The notes beneath the pieces are model-generated. The model did not search any database. It was given only the letters and a program-made list of their open reading frames with translations, and was not told where the DNA came from. This document shows positions 23,438 through 35,736 of a stretch of DNA of 64,000 bases, piece after piece. The position numbers and the translations under genes are program-made. Position 1 is the stretch's first letter, and every line of letters begins with the position of its first letter. Source of the DNA: Guillardia theta CCMP2712 (Eukaryota > Protista > Cryptophyta); contig NW_005434667.1 of the NCBI RefSeq assembly GCF_000315625.1, positions 1,107,061 to 1,171,060 on the forward strand, read 5' to 3'.

Positions 23438-23899
23438 GCCTGCGCCTGCTCCTGCTCCTGCTCCTGCTCCTACTCCTTGCTCGTCCCTTGCCTTGACATC
23501 GTTTCACCCTGCCCTTCTCAATCGCCTGCTCTCATGCGCCACTCATCCGCACACGGCAGGGAGGAGGAAAAGGATGCAGCTCAGCGGAGGCTGCGGGAGT
23601 TCAATGTCTCGCGCAACCTTCCTCCGAAGCGTCAACTGCCTCCTACCTATGACGGCTCGAACCCTCCTGTCCCCCCCCCTCGCAGCTTCTACGGCCAACC
23701 ACCTCCAGACTACAACAGCAGCGCGCGCATGCCCCCTCCGCCGTATCCTCCTTCTCATCCTCCCCCGTTCCCCCCTTCTCATCCTCCTCCGTATCCCCCT
23801 CCCTCCATGATGCCGCCGCCAGGGAATGGCGAGCAGAAGGAGGTAGCTCCTCGGCAGCTAACGGAGGCAGATTTTCCTCATCGGTTTGGGAGCAGATAA
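21340..23899 (+). CDS. PH + FHA domain protein with Pro-rich C-terminus, multi-exon (could be two genes)
   Basis: PH: GYLHKHG...RKRWFVLRRALFLCYK; FHA: DVSRKHAEI...IKDLGS|LNGTVLNG; later KPNTAALNIIVESVMDHN and a PPP-rich tail ending at 23899; start uncertain. Confidence 0.7.
23270..23475. repeat. Intronic (CTCCTG)n/(CTTCTG)n microsatellite
   Basis: Direct observation; lies between a GT donor (~23255) and a cag acceptor (~23559). Confidence 0.9.
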
Positions 23900-24111
23900 G
23901 GATGGGATAGCAAGGAGGACAAGAGAGGACACGCGCAGTGATTAGAAGCTTTAATGATGAATCCTTTCTCCTGTCGTAATTTCTCCTTCCTGCTCCTCCA
24001 TGCCTCCCTCCTTTGACTGTACAAGTTCCTTCTGCCCGCCGTCTTGATGGGGTATGAAAGGTCAATATACGAAAGTTTCTCCTCTCCTCTCCTCTTTGCT
24101 TCTCTCTGCCT

Positions 24112-27100
24112 TCACTTGGAGTCGAGCACTCGGTATCCCTTCCACCTCTCAGCTGTCGGGTTGATCATCTCACCCTCGATGAAGCTCATCAAGTTCCTCG
24201 TCGGACCATCGTCCGGCTTCATCTCAAGGCACATTGACAGCGCCGTCAGCGCGCTCTTCCAGTTCCGCTGGCTCCCATCCTCCCCTCCCAGGTACAGCCG
24301 CAGAGCCCGTGCAAACTCTTGACGGAAGCTGAGGGAGGTGGAAGGAGCGACAACGCTGAAGAACGCCTCTTCGGTCTCGAGCGCCGCCAGGTCGATGTCG
24401 TCAGGCAGCTCGCCGTTCTCGCTGCGGAAGAAGGGTCTGTCGAAGGTGTAGAGGGAGATGGGCGAGTTGCTTCCCTTCACCGTCACCCGGTCGACCATCC
24501 TGCACAGCCTCTGCACGCGAGGCGAGAGGAGCTCGAAGACGTCGCCCGACAGGAGGATGCTCACCCCGTACTGCTTCGACGCTGCTTCCAGCCGCGAGGC
24601 GATGTTCACGTGCGGGCTCAGGTATGAGACGTCCACCTTGTGCTGAGACCCGATGGCGCACTCGATCGCCCAGCTGCATCGTAGCAGTCAAGACGAGCAA
24701 GGAGGTGACACGTCACTCACCCGTAGTGCAGGCCGAACCCGAGGCGGAGCTGATAGCCCGGGATCCGTCGCTGCACCGCCTCCTTGCTCGTCTGCGCGAT
24801 GATCTTCTTGTCCCGTGCGATCTCGCAGATGGCTTCGATGTACGACCGCAGAGCTCCGTCAGCCACCTCCTGAATGTCGAGCTCTCCCTTGGGCTTCCAA
24901 ACAAGCTGCTCGTAAATGATCAGAAGACGAGAGTGGCAAGGGAGCAGCGAGAGAGGAGGAGAAACAGCAGGAGAGAGGAAGGAGTGCTGGGGGTTGAGGA
25001 GCATGTGGAAACAGGCATGCGTGAGCTGCAAGACGAGCACGAGAGATGAGGAGGCTAGAAAGCTGCGAGAAAGAGGGAGGACCAGGAAAGCATCTCCGAT
25101 GTTCTTGTTTGGGGCCCCGTGGCACTTGTTGACGCTATCATGCACGATCTTTCCCACCCCGTTAACGACTTGAACCACATCTGCCTGCAGCACTTCTGTG
25201 AGGTCCGTGAAGTTCCGGATGTCGCAGAAGCCGAAGAAGGCATGCACAATCACGCCAGGGCTGTGCGTGTCAAGAGCGACGATGCCGTTCCTCAGGCAAC
25301 GGGAGATCACGCGCGCTCCTGCCTCCCCGAAGCCCAGCTGCAGAAGCTTGGCAAGGCACAGCAGCCCCTGCTCGACCTTGCGAAGGTGCGGGTGGTCGCG
25401 GAACTCGAACCTGAGCGTCTTCATTGGCTCCTCGGCGATGGCAGCGACCTCGTTGGCGATCATGTCCAGGGGGTAGACGACCTGCAGAAGGACGTAGGAG
25501 GAGATCGACCAGGAGGACCAGAAGAGAACGAAGGCGAGGAAGAGGGAGGAAAAGATACGAAAGTGAATGTGAAGCTTAGATTGCTGCTCCTCGTCGAACG
25601 CGATGATGAAATCTTCCCCGACACTCAGTTCGCGGAAGCCCGGACGGAGCTTGCACGCCTCGCTTGCTCCTCCTTCATTGACAAGCGTCACTCCCGCAAC
25701 CTCCAGGAACACCACAGGCGTCCCCATCTCCTTGTACTTCCCCAGGAACGAGTGCAGCACCGGCTCAAACCCCACGGCTCTCGCATTCTTCCCCGCCAAG
25801 TGCACAAACGCGTTGGAGAGGATCGCAGCGTCCGAGTTGACGTTGGACATCATGTTAGGAAAGAGATACATCTCCAGCCATATGAGGGAGATGAAGGAGG
25901 CTACAACCAGGAAACACCTCCTCACGATCCCTCCGTCCAGGGTCTGGTCGAGCGCGAGCCTGGAGGAGCACGAGAAGCAGAGGAGCGCCTCACTCCACCA
26001 GTAACATTCCTTCAACGAAGTCGCTGCATGCATCCTCCTTGCCAGCTGGGCCCCAGCTTGGGCAATGCGCCACATCCTGGCGATGACGAGCAACCTGATA
26101 TACTGGTTGCCGTCCTCTCGGATATCGTATACTCTCATCGAGAGAATCTTGGGGACGAGGAAGAGGAAGGAGAGAAAGTCCACAAGGAAGAAGAACGAAT
26201 TTCGATACCAGCTCTGAAGGAACCATCGATAGACACTCTCAAGACCGAAGCAGATCAAACATGCTGTCGCCGTGCCTTTCGCGTCGGAGAGGCTGGGCAA
26301 CTTCCCTTGAGAGTTGACATGTAGCTCAAGAAAGAAGACAAGGTAGAACATCGCGAGTGAAGACAGAAAGCAGACAAGGAGGAAAAGCACATTCCGAAAT
26401 GTCATCTCGCTCATACCCACCGATTCGTTCTCTCCGTTGAAGTTGATCGAGTTGCCCGTCAGAGTTCCGTTCTGAGTCCCTTGAGCGGCATCATCTGCAT
26501 TCCCCGTGCTTGCGATCGATCTTCGTTTCTTCGCTTCCTGTATGCTATACCAGATCGCTTTCCTCCACCGGGCGCGGGAGCTCGTCTTGCTGGGCAGGTA
26601 AGCGGGAGACTTGTGAACAGGAGACTGATGGACGGAGGGAAAAAGGCTGGAGGGGGAGATGATGACTTCTACCCCCCACTCGATCCGAGCATGTCCGGGT
26701 GAGAGTCGCTTCTGAGATCGAGAGAAGGAGGACTCCCAAGGCTTCATGCGAATACTCGGGCGATTCTTATCGAGCCGATGAGCGTAAGCCGAGGAAGGCT
26801 TAGTGTTGTCTTTGTCAAGCTTTGACTTCTCTTCCCTGATCTGCTCGAGCTCCGAATGACCGAGATGCGTTGGCAGATGTTTGTTTCTCACTACGTTCAC
26901 AGGAAACGAGGACGGTCGAGCGAGTGAGGTGGTACGGGGGATGAACAGGGAGACAGGACGAGGAGGAACGATGTCCGTGTCTTCGGAGCTAACAACTCCT
27001 GTAGACATCCTCGTAGTTGGGCTGGCCTTGTTCTGGCTCATCTTGCTCTCGTCAAAGCACATGAGGACGCAATCCCGTCTGCTGACATGCCCACCCTCGT

Positions 27101-27368
27101 GCTGCTCCGGGCTGAAGACCTCCTGCAACGTGATTGACGGACATGAGCTGGAGTAGCTTGTCAGCGAGAGCATGCCCTTGCGGCGCTTGTCTCGTTCTGA
27201 TGACATGCTTGATCGTGTTGAGGTTCCTATCAGTTCATCCGACAACCACGAAGACTCCGACACCTCAACCTCAAACAGCGCTGGACCTGTCCATCCTGGT
27301 GAAAGCCATCAGAGACAGCTGACGTATGATGGAATGTCGCTTCTAAAGTTCTCAATGCTGTTGAACAT
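24112..27368 (-). CDS. Class III adenylyl cyclase with N-terminal ion-channel-like TM domain (ACalpha type)
   Basis: FGFCDIRNFTDLTEVLQ, NKNIGDAFL, GFGLHYG|WAIECAIGS, SYLSPHVNIASRLEAASKQYG; TM helices; LLQLGFGEAG motif; start approximate. Confidence 0.9.
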
Positions 27369-27848
27369 CTAACTGAATCGATCCTCAGTGAAGACAACCA
27401 GCTTTCGACCCTTCACAACGATTTCATACTTTTCCCGCTGCACCGCAGCCCTTCACTCCTTCACTCCTTGTTGTCAACACGATGCTCGCTATCGACTTCA
27501 TCATCGATCTAATGTCTCTCTCATAATCTATCCTCTATCTACATTGTTTCTGCCTCCTCCTCTCCCCCTCCCGCTTTCTCCCCCATGAACTCCCTGCAGT
27601 ACCTGTGCGAGCATATCCTGGTTGTAAAGGTACTTTGATTTCAACTACATGCAATTGAAGTTTCATTTTTTGATTACATATTTGAAATATTTCAATCAGC
27701 GTTAGCACCTCTTCTTTGAGATATGTTACCCTCGAAACTTTCATTCATTTATTCAAATGAAAAGGTACATTTTCAAAAACTCTCCAGCAGCAAAGAGGTA
27801 CCTGCCCGGGCCCGGCCAGGGGCGGTCAGGGACCCGGCATGGAAGTCC

Positions 27849-27876
27849 CTGATTTTTAGCTTAACTTTGAGTAAAG
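27849..27876 (+). repeat. Solo copy of the 59341 inverted-repeat sequence
   Basis: ctgatttttagcttaactttgagtaaag matches 26/28 nt of the IR at 59344-59371. Confidence 0.75.
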
Positions 27877-28111
27877 TTTTGGAAAGGGTCTACCATCTTC
27901 TGCGGTTCCTTACACCCTAACACGCGCACCCATGTATTAAAGAGACTGCAGGTCAGAGGAGAGAGGAGCGGAGAGGAGGAAACAATGGAGGGTACACAAG
28001 AGGAGAAGAGAGGAGATCTGAAGGAAAGAAGAGAGCAGAGCGAGTAGTTTGTTTGCTTGTTGGTTGTTTTTTTAGAATTGGTTGGTTGGTTGGTTGGTTG
28101 GGTTTCTAGTG

Positions 28112-28177
28112 ATAAGGAAGAACAGTGGGACGAAGGAAGAAACGTAATAAGGAAGAACAGTGGGACGAAGGAAGAAA
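28112..28177. repeat. Tandem duplication, 35-bp period
   Basis: ataaggaagaacagtgggacgaaggaagaaa occurs twice. Confidence 0.85.
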
Positions 28178-28384
28178 GCGAAACATAGAGGAACGACAGT
28201 ACGGACCATACAAGAGAAGCAGATAATTCTCGAAATAGCCCATATTCGCAAGAGAGAATAAAGTAATAATCGAGATCGCAGGTACAAGGATAGAGGCGAT
28301 GCTATGAAACACCGAGAATTACAGTGAACCCCAGCTCGAAAGGCGAGGAAGAAGCACCGGGATAGATCACGAATCAAGTGCAAT

Positions 28385-30441
28385 ATGACGATCTTTAAGC
28401 TCGGAGCTCGAGGTCTGGCGATGGTGGGTCAATGGACGAGCAAAGGGGTTGTGCCTGCAAGGAGTTTCAGCTCCATGGCGAGTGAGCTGAGGGTGCTGAC
28501 GGACTTGCGATCTCCTCACCTGTGGTATCCCCTTGCGAGGAAGATGAAGCGAAGGTATGAGACCGGGACAATCCGAGTCGTTGATGTCCTCCACTAGGTG
28601 GGTCCTGCACATAGGGCCAACTAATAGCGGGAAAACGTTCGAAGCTCTGCAGAGGCTGGCGGTAAGAGACTCTACGGGGAGAGCTGCGGGAGAGCAGTGA
28701 GTGACTTGTCGTGGCAGTCCGTAGAGTCGGGGAGATATTGCGGGCCCCTGAGGCTGCTGGCATGGGAGGTGTATGACAAGCTGAAAACAGGAGCAGTGAA
28801 CGGGTCCATGCCCAGCCGGCCTTACCTGCAAGGCTGACGCTTCCTGCAGGAAGCCGGTGCGATGTAGCTTGATGACAGGGCAGGAGAAAGTGTTCGACCC
28901 CAAGGCAAACCATACCTCGTCGACTGTTGAGATGGCGGACCTTGACAAGGTGATCGACGTGGCGGTCATCGACGAAGTTCAGATGCTCGAGAGCAACGAT
29001 CGAGGATGGGCGTGGACGCGAGCATTGCTGGGACTTCCTGCTGCTGAGATCCACCTGTGCGGCGAGCCACGGGCACAAGAGCTGATCACGAAGCTGTGTG
29101 ACCTCTGTGAGGATGAGCTGGAAGTGAAGGAGTACGAGAGACTGTCGTCGCTATCGGTCGCCAACCATTCTTTGGAGGGCAGCCTTCGCAACATTCAACG
29201 AGGGGATTGTATTGTAGCGTTTGGGAGGTCAAAGATTCATCAGCTGAAGCGCGACATTGAGGCGAAGACTCCATTCCGCTGCTGCGTCGTGTACGGCTCG
29301 CTGCCTCCTCTGACTCGGCAGGAACAAGCGAAGCTGTTCAACGAGAGGGGTTCGTTTCCTAACGGTCAAAGCTTCGACGTGCTTGTGGCCTCGGATGCCA
29401 TCGGGATGGGGCTGAATCTGGAGATCTCGCGGGTTGTTTTCAGCTCCCTGCGCAAGTTTGACGGGCAAGAGGAAAGGCTCTTGACAGCTTCAGAGATCCG
29501 GCAGATCGGAGGACGAGCAGGAAGGTTCGGGACCAACACAGTGGAAGGGATTGTGACGAGCTTGCACAACAAAGACCTCCCGCTGCTGAAGCGAAGTTTC
29601 AAGACGGAGCTCCCTCAGATCGCGAAGGCTTGCCTCCGCCCGGAGATCGTCATGCTCGAGGATTTCGTTCACTCCATCCGGCACGTGTGGCCGCGGGAGG
29701 AGGGAGAAGACTCGCTATCGCTCGACACGGCCCTGCAGCTCTTCAAGGACTTTCACCAGACAGAAAGCAGCTTCTTTCTCGGGACGACCATCGACGAGTT
29801 GCGGGTGAGTAGGCAAGAGACGGAGGAGTTGGTTGACTTTGGCTGCAGGACCTCGCAAAGACGATTGAGTCTGTCAAGATGCCCCTCACGGATCGGTTCT
29901 CCTTCTGTTTGGCTCCGATCGATCTCAGCAAGGAGGATCGACGGAGAGCAGCATTCTACGAGATGGCGCGCATGTACTCTGAGAAGAGACTCGTGAGGAT
30001 CTCGCAGGTCGCCACGTTCAACAACAGGATCCCCGACACCATGTTCAAACTGCGAGAGGTTGACCTCCTCCTCCCTCCTCCCTCCTCCCTCCTCCCCCTC
30101 ATTCCTCGTGGCAGGCGGAAGAGACGCACGTCATCCTCGAGTTGTACGCATGGCTAGCTAATCGCTTTGAAAACGCTTTCTGTGACTTAGAGATCGTTAA
30201 GCGACAGATCGCAAAGAACAGCATCCTCATCCAGGTACTCCTTGGACTCCCTCCCCCCCCCTTTCTCGTCTTCCTCCCCCTTCTCTCGTTTCCCCTCCTT
30301 GTCCTTCGACTCGTCAGTGATGGAGGCTTGTCATGCTGTCACCTCACCAGCTACTCCAGGAGGGTCTCAGGAGGCTGACGAGGGAGGCGAGGTCGCAACT
30401 TCGTCAGGGGAGGCCGAGGAGAGAACTAGAGGAGGAACCTG
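28385..30441 (+). CDS. SUV3: SUV3-type ATP-dependent RNA helicase (mitochondrial degradosome), multi-exon
   Basis: DLRSPHLWYPLARKMKR, HIGPTNSGKT, GPLRLLAWE, IDEVQM, RGWAWTRALLG, YGSLPP, ASDAIGMGLNL, QIGGRAGRFG. Confidence 0.93.
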
Positions 30442-30772
30442 AGTTGCAGTCGGAAGAAACCGTTTCGACGTAGCTTCCTCTACCTCCCCCTCCTTCCCGG
30501 ATGATCTTGAGCTCCACATCGATTGAGCTACAGGAGTTAGGGAGGTCAACCGAAACGCTTGCTCACCTGTAGTCGACTGCATAGTGGCCACTGAGTGGTG
30601 GAGAGGAAACAGAATTCAGTTGCCAGCGATACGCAAGGCAGAGCAAAAGTGCTCACCATGGCAAAGTGTAGACTGCATGCTTGTATATGTTTGACTGAAG
30701 AAGATCCTGTTTGTAATCAGCTTACTCCTCAGCATCTTCAATCCTCATTCTCTCCCAAGCGTTCTCCCCCTT

Positions 30773-30813
<41 letters not shown>

Positions 30814-31208
30814 CTCCCCTCCCCCTTTTCAATTACTTGTGCCATGACGCCCTCGTACTCTTGCGTCGGGTCCCAACAGTAGGAGTACCTTGTCTGCTTC
30901 AGAGTCCTCTTCCCCTCCTCCTCTCTGCACCTGTAGATCTTGACCCCTCGCGCCGACCTTCTCATGTAGCGGATGTTTTGTTTCGTGCGGACATCTGCAT
31001 ATTCCTTAGCATCTGTCACATCCAGAGTTTCTCCTCCCCCGCACACAAACTTTAACTCCCGAGCTCGCGCCTTACCTGACAGGAATAGCAGAGCTGTGGT
31101 TGCAGCAGTCGCAAGGCCCCACACTATGTGAATCTGGAGAAACAACATCAGCACGGAATACAGCCTTGGCTTCCATCTCATCCTTTGAATCGTCACTCGC
31201 GCTTCTTG

Positions 31209-31240
<32 letters not shown>

Positions 31241-31699
31241 CCCTCCCCCCTTCCCTCCCCCTCCCCCCAACCTCCTCCTTCTCCTCCTCCTCAACGTTGT
31301 TATCCACCCCCTTGTTCTCATGCACCCTCCTGGTGTTCCTCGTGGGTCATTGCTCTCTTCGCTCTCATCACCTTGGTCGCTTCCCTGCTTGCTTCCGCTT
31401 GCGCTCTTGCAACTTCTGCTGCAGCCATCGCTTGCTCTGCCCGCAGCTTCTCGGTTGCATGTGCGAGTTGAAGCTCCTGAGGCATGCATGAGACAGCGCA
31501 GGGAAGCGAAAGACGCGAACACCTGGAGACGAATCTGATTCTTCGCTTTTGTTAACACAACCACTGCAGATATTCCTTGAAAAATTCTCAGATCGACAAG
31601 AGGAGGAGGCAGAGGGTGGGGTGCGCTACCTGCTAAGACTAGGACGATCGTCCCCGTCTGCACGACAGGATGGGCAAAGAAGCCTTTCCTCTTAAACAT
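30400..31699 (-). CDS. Hypothetical membrane/coiled-coil protein, multi-exon (possibly the 3' part of the upstream kinase-RhoGEF)
   Basis: MFKRKGFF.. hydrophobic segment, Ala/Glu coiled coil, second TM LYSVLMLFLQIHIVWGL; canonical splice sites. Confidence 0.4.
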
Positions 31700-31899
31700 C
31701 TTGAAGGTCTGAGTAATGCTGTTCGGCCCTGCATCCCCTGTCACCTTCAGCAAGTTCGGTGGCAAATCGTATGTTTTGAGAAGATGGAGATAAAGAGAAT
31801 GGAAGGGTTTGCTGTACTGATAGCAAGTGGTAGAGGCTGAAGGTGGTGGTAATGATGATGATGATGATGGAAATCGAAGATGGGGAGAGCAAGTGCTGG

Positions 31900-34800
31900 G
31901 AGTTTTTTTGGTATTCGCAATGTAAACGACGACGTTGAACTGTCTTTCACCGTTTGCAATGTCAGTCGGCGGAGTTGACTCGTTGATTGCATCTACGGTA
32001 TCGTTCACCTACACCCTCATCAGATCCCTTCTCTTCCCTGTCTTCCCATGTTTGCCAGACCGCGGCAAGAGCAAGCTGTAGGTCATCGAACGCACTGATA
32101 TGCAAGTCAGGTAAAAATGCACAAGAATGAAAAGTATCTGCTCCTGTTGGTTATCTTCCTATTCTATTGTAATCAACCTCGCCCACCTCGTCCTTCTCCT
32201 TTCCATATCCTCACTTCACTTACTTCCGATCTGACGTGAACTCAAGGATGTGACCGAGCAGCAGGGGGTATCGCATCAGCCGTTGAACAGGCATGATCAG
32301 GTATGCATCCAACGCCTGCCAAGATCTCAGCTTGCCCCCTCCTATCTCCAGCTTCCAATTGCTCCTCGCTCCCTTCCTCAAAATAGTGTCCTCCCTCCCT
32401 TCCCTTCCCTTCCTCGCCCTCCTCACTTGAGAATCTGCTCCTAATCCGCTCTGGATGCAGTCACGGAATCTGAAAACAAGTCAAGAGATGCAAGGCAAAC
32501 AAGCTCTCAACGTCTTGCTGTTCCTTGCAAGGTCCTGCGCCAGTATCAACACTTGAAGTACTCGGTCTCAAAGTCCTCCCCTCCTGACCTGCAGGTTGCT
32601 GTATCCTTCGAGATACTTCGTCACATAATCCTGCTCACGATCGTCATCCTTCTCTGAAACCAATTAGATCGTCCAACTTCGTAATTTCTCAACAACGTCG
32701 AGGCAAACTTGCGCATGATTGCTCCAAGACAGCTCGGACCCTCCTTGGTGCAACCCTTCTCCAGCTGCGGAGACTGTGAGACTGGTTTGGACAAGTAGAA
32801 GGAGGAGGAGGAGTAGGAGTAGAAGCAGTAGTAGTAGGAGGAGTGGACTTTGTGGCGGTAATGGTAAATTAGGATAGGTAAGTCCACCTGCTCCAAGAAG
32901 AACTCGTTGTTCCTGAGGAGGATCGCAAGATCGAAAAGCATTCGCATCTGATCAGAATCCAAGTCTGGCTGGACGCCTTCTTTCAACTGGCAACAGGAGA
33001 GGATGAGAGAAGATATGTGGACTTCTAGTCTCACTTGTTTCCTGAGCGGAACGACCACATGCTGGCAAGCTTGCTCAGAGAACATGCGTTCACATCTCCT
33101 TTCTCACCTCCACCACTCTCGTCAAACGTAGGCAGTACTCCCTCTCAGAGTCGATGAGCTGCACATGCGCTAGTCAGCGTAACTTTGCTTTCGCCCTCCC
33201 GCCCGCTGATTCTCACCTCCGAGATCGCCATACGAAGCTGGACATGCGTCTTCGTAGTAACCTGTCAAACGTTGACTACCAGGCTCTCTTGTCTCGCTCG
33301 AGCGCACTGAGTGATCGTCGTCCTTCTCGCTCACCGTCATGGTAGCAAGCCCCGACCAGACACCCTTGGACATGATGGTCGCCATGCTGTTGTCATCTCA
33401 GAGATGTCAGAGGCCCCCTGACGTCCAAACCTCATCCTTGGAGGTGAAAGCTGCAACGCGGAGCGCAAGACAGACCGCAGGGCTGCACAGTAGAGTGAGA
33501 TGCACAGGTCAAAGCCTTCTCCTGCTTCAACCGGGGAAGCGAATCTTGTCATCCTGTACGACATCTGACTCCAGCTGAGCGATGACCTGCAATAGTTCTC
33601 AGCACAACCACGTTTGCGTCAGGAGTGCCATGACCTCCATCACGTCAGGTCTCGAGTCATCCACGAGGATGTCGGGCTGCCCGCTGACCTGCCACCTCCT
33701 CTGAGTTTGTCTTGGCAGGATCGAGCTGGGAAACCATCTCATAAAGTATCTTCCCGAACGCCCAGACATCTGAATCTTGCGAGGCCAGGACGATCTCGCT
33801 GTTTAGGATACTCTTCGCCTGATGTCGCTGCAGCATCACAACAACTAAGACCTCCTGGTCTTGCTCTCTTACCTGCTCTGGCGGACAGTAGGATGAAGTG
33901 ACTTCGAACCTCACTGCAAGCACAGCAGCAGATTCAGATATTTGTATGAGATCCCATGCAGAGTTTGAATCACCGCTGCCGTCCTCTGTGGTGCTCCCAA
34001 AGTCGCAAAGTTTCCACTGCCTTCAACGGTCTTGTCACACAAGGAGTCATCGCTCCTCCAGTCTCTCTTACCCACTGGAAGATCGGAGAAAGTTAGCAGG
34101 TTTCACATCATTGTGGATCAGCCCGAGAGAGTGTAGCTCCTGAAACAATGATGTAATTAGACATGTCAGGCTGAATACTCTGACACACGAGCGGCTCGTT
34201 CACCTGTAAAGAGGACCCAAGGGAGCTACCGACATCCAAGACCTCCAATCAGCTCGTTAGACCCTCTCTCTCTATCTCTCTACCAATCACCTCAACCCAC
34301 GTAGGCTGGAAATTCTTCTGCAAGAGCCAGCGATCCAACGACATCGTCGCATACTCCAGGATCAGGCTGCCATTTTTTTGACAACAGGTTGGATGAAAGT
34401 GATAGGATGGAGTTAGCTATCTTACCAGCCCAGCTTTGTGTCTTCATCTTGTCTTCCTGCCATGTGAGGATGGAGAAGTAAGCCGAGGATACAAGGATGA
34501 GGGAGGATACCAAGGAAGGGGAGGATTTCTTCATGGATCATGTAGTCGAGGAGCCGCACGAAATGATTGCACGAGACATCTTGGCCATGCACGTGTCAGG
34601 AGCGTTGGAATGGCGGCGATGGAAGGGTCTTCTTCATCTACCTTTCTTCTTCAACTCCAAGAGCACTGTTATGAGAATGAGTCGTATCACGAGCAAAGCA
34701 ATGTTCAGCTGACCTTGCCGTTCCCTTACTGCCGCGTTCTCTTCTGCGACCTTTAGCACCACGCTGCAGCCTCGTGAGTGCACATGAGGAAGTGAGATGA

Positions 34801-35094
34801 GTGGAGACCTGTCTCCTGCCTTGGACTCAGCCTGGTACACGTGGGCATGCGATCCTTCGTGGATTTTCTGAAAGAGCGCAAAGTCAAGAGGATTTTGACG
34901 GTGGGAGTCGAGTATTCATGGCAACCTTGACGATCTTGTAGGCGCCAAGGAAGCCATCATGCAGGAACTCGCTGGTCTTCATCCTCTGGCCGACATGCAG
35001 CGCCTACAAACAATCAACCTCAGCATTCGAAGGGTTTGCGCCACAAATTCGTCCAAAACACATTTTACGACATCAACAGAAGCTCGCTGCTCAT
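31900..35094 (-). CDS. Ser/Thr protein kinase fused to a RhoGEF DH domain, multi-exon
   Basis: KIHEGSHAHVY, VVLK, IHNDVKPANFL, KLCDFG, YCPPE, SDVWAFG; then LIDSEREY, LDAYLIMPVQRLMRYPLLL, AINE. Confidence 0.75.
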
Positions 35095-35525
35095 GATCGT
35101 TGGTTCTATCACTACCCCATTACATCTTATGATACCTGTCGCTCAGACTGACACTCGGAGCTACTCGTTTCTGCTTATCTCCCTCCATCCTCTCTCAGTT
35201 TCTGGTCATCCTTGAAATCGCTGGCACATTCCATACAACCGTCCTCCATCTTCCATCTTGAACCTGCTAGTCCAGCCGCTACCTCCTCTCCTCCCTCGCT
35301 CTAGTTTGCTTTCGCTCACTTTCCTTCCCTTCTGTGCTGTTTCTCCTCCTCGTCCTTCCCTCCCTCCCCACACCCACTTCCGCAGTCGCATCTTTGGTCG
35401 GCCATATTTGTGGTGAACCGCATCTCAGGCAGAGCCGAATTTTTTGTTGCCGTCGGGCAGCGGTCCATGCGGATCGATGCCGAGCTCGAAGGGGAACAGC
35501 GGACGACGATGAAGAGAAAGTGAGA

Positions 35526-35594
35526 GGAGCAGGAGCAGGAGCAGGAGCAGGATCAGGAGCAGGAGCGGGAGCGGGAGCGGGAGCGGGAGCAGGA
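35526..35594. repeat. (GGAGCA/GGAGCG)n microsatellite
   Basis: Direct observation. Confidence 0.85.
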
Positions 35595-35736
35595 GGATCC
35601 CTCACGGGGCTCAGGGAGCAGATGGACGAGAACTTGATAATGAAAGAGTCTTGGTGCTGAGAGCGAAAAGGGGAGGGAGGGAGAGCGAGGGAGGGAGGGA
35701 GGGAGGGAGGCTGAAGCAAGAGAGGGGCTTGAAAGA

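Noticed and set aside
23157-23810. SCSC/APAP and RSRS/GAGA repeat ORFs
   Set aside because: Translations of an intronic CTCCTG microsatellite
25119-26324. 401-aa + strand ORF
   Set aside because: Antisense shadow of the adenylyl cyclase exon; no motifs
28112-28177. Possible CRISPR-like direct repeat
   Set aside because: Only two adjacent copies with a 4-nt gap, no spacers or cas genes, eukaryotic context
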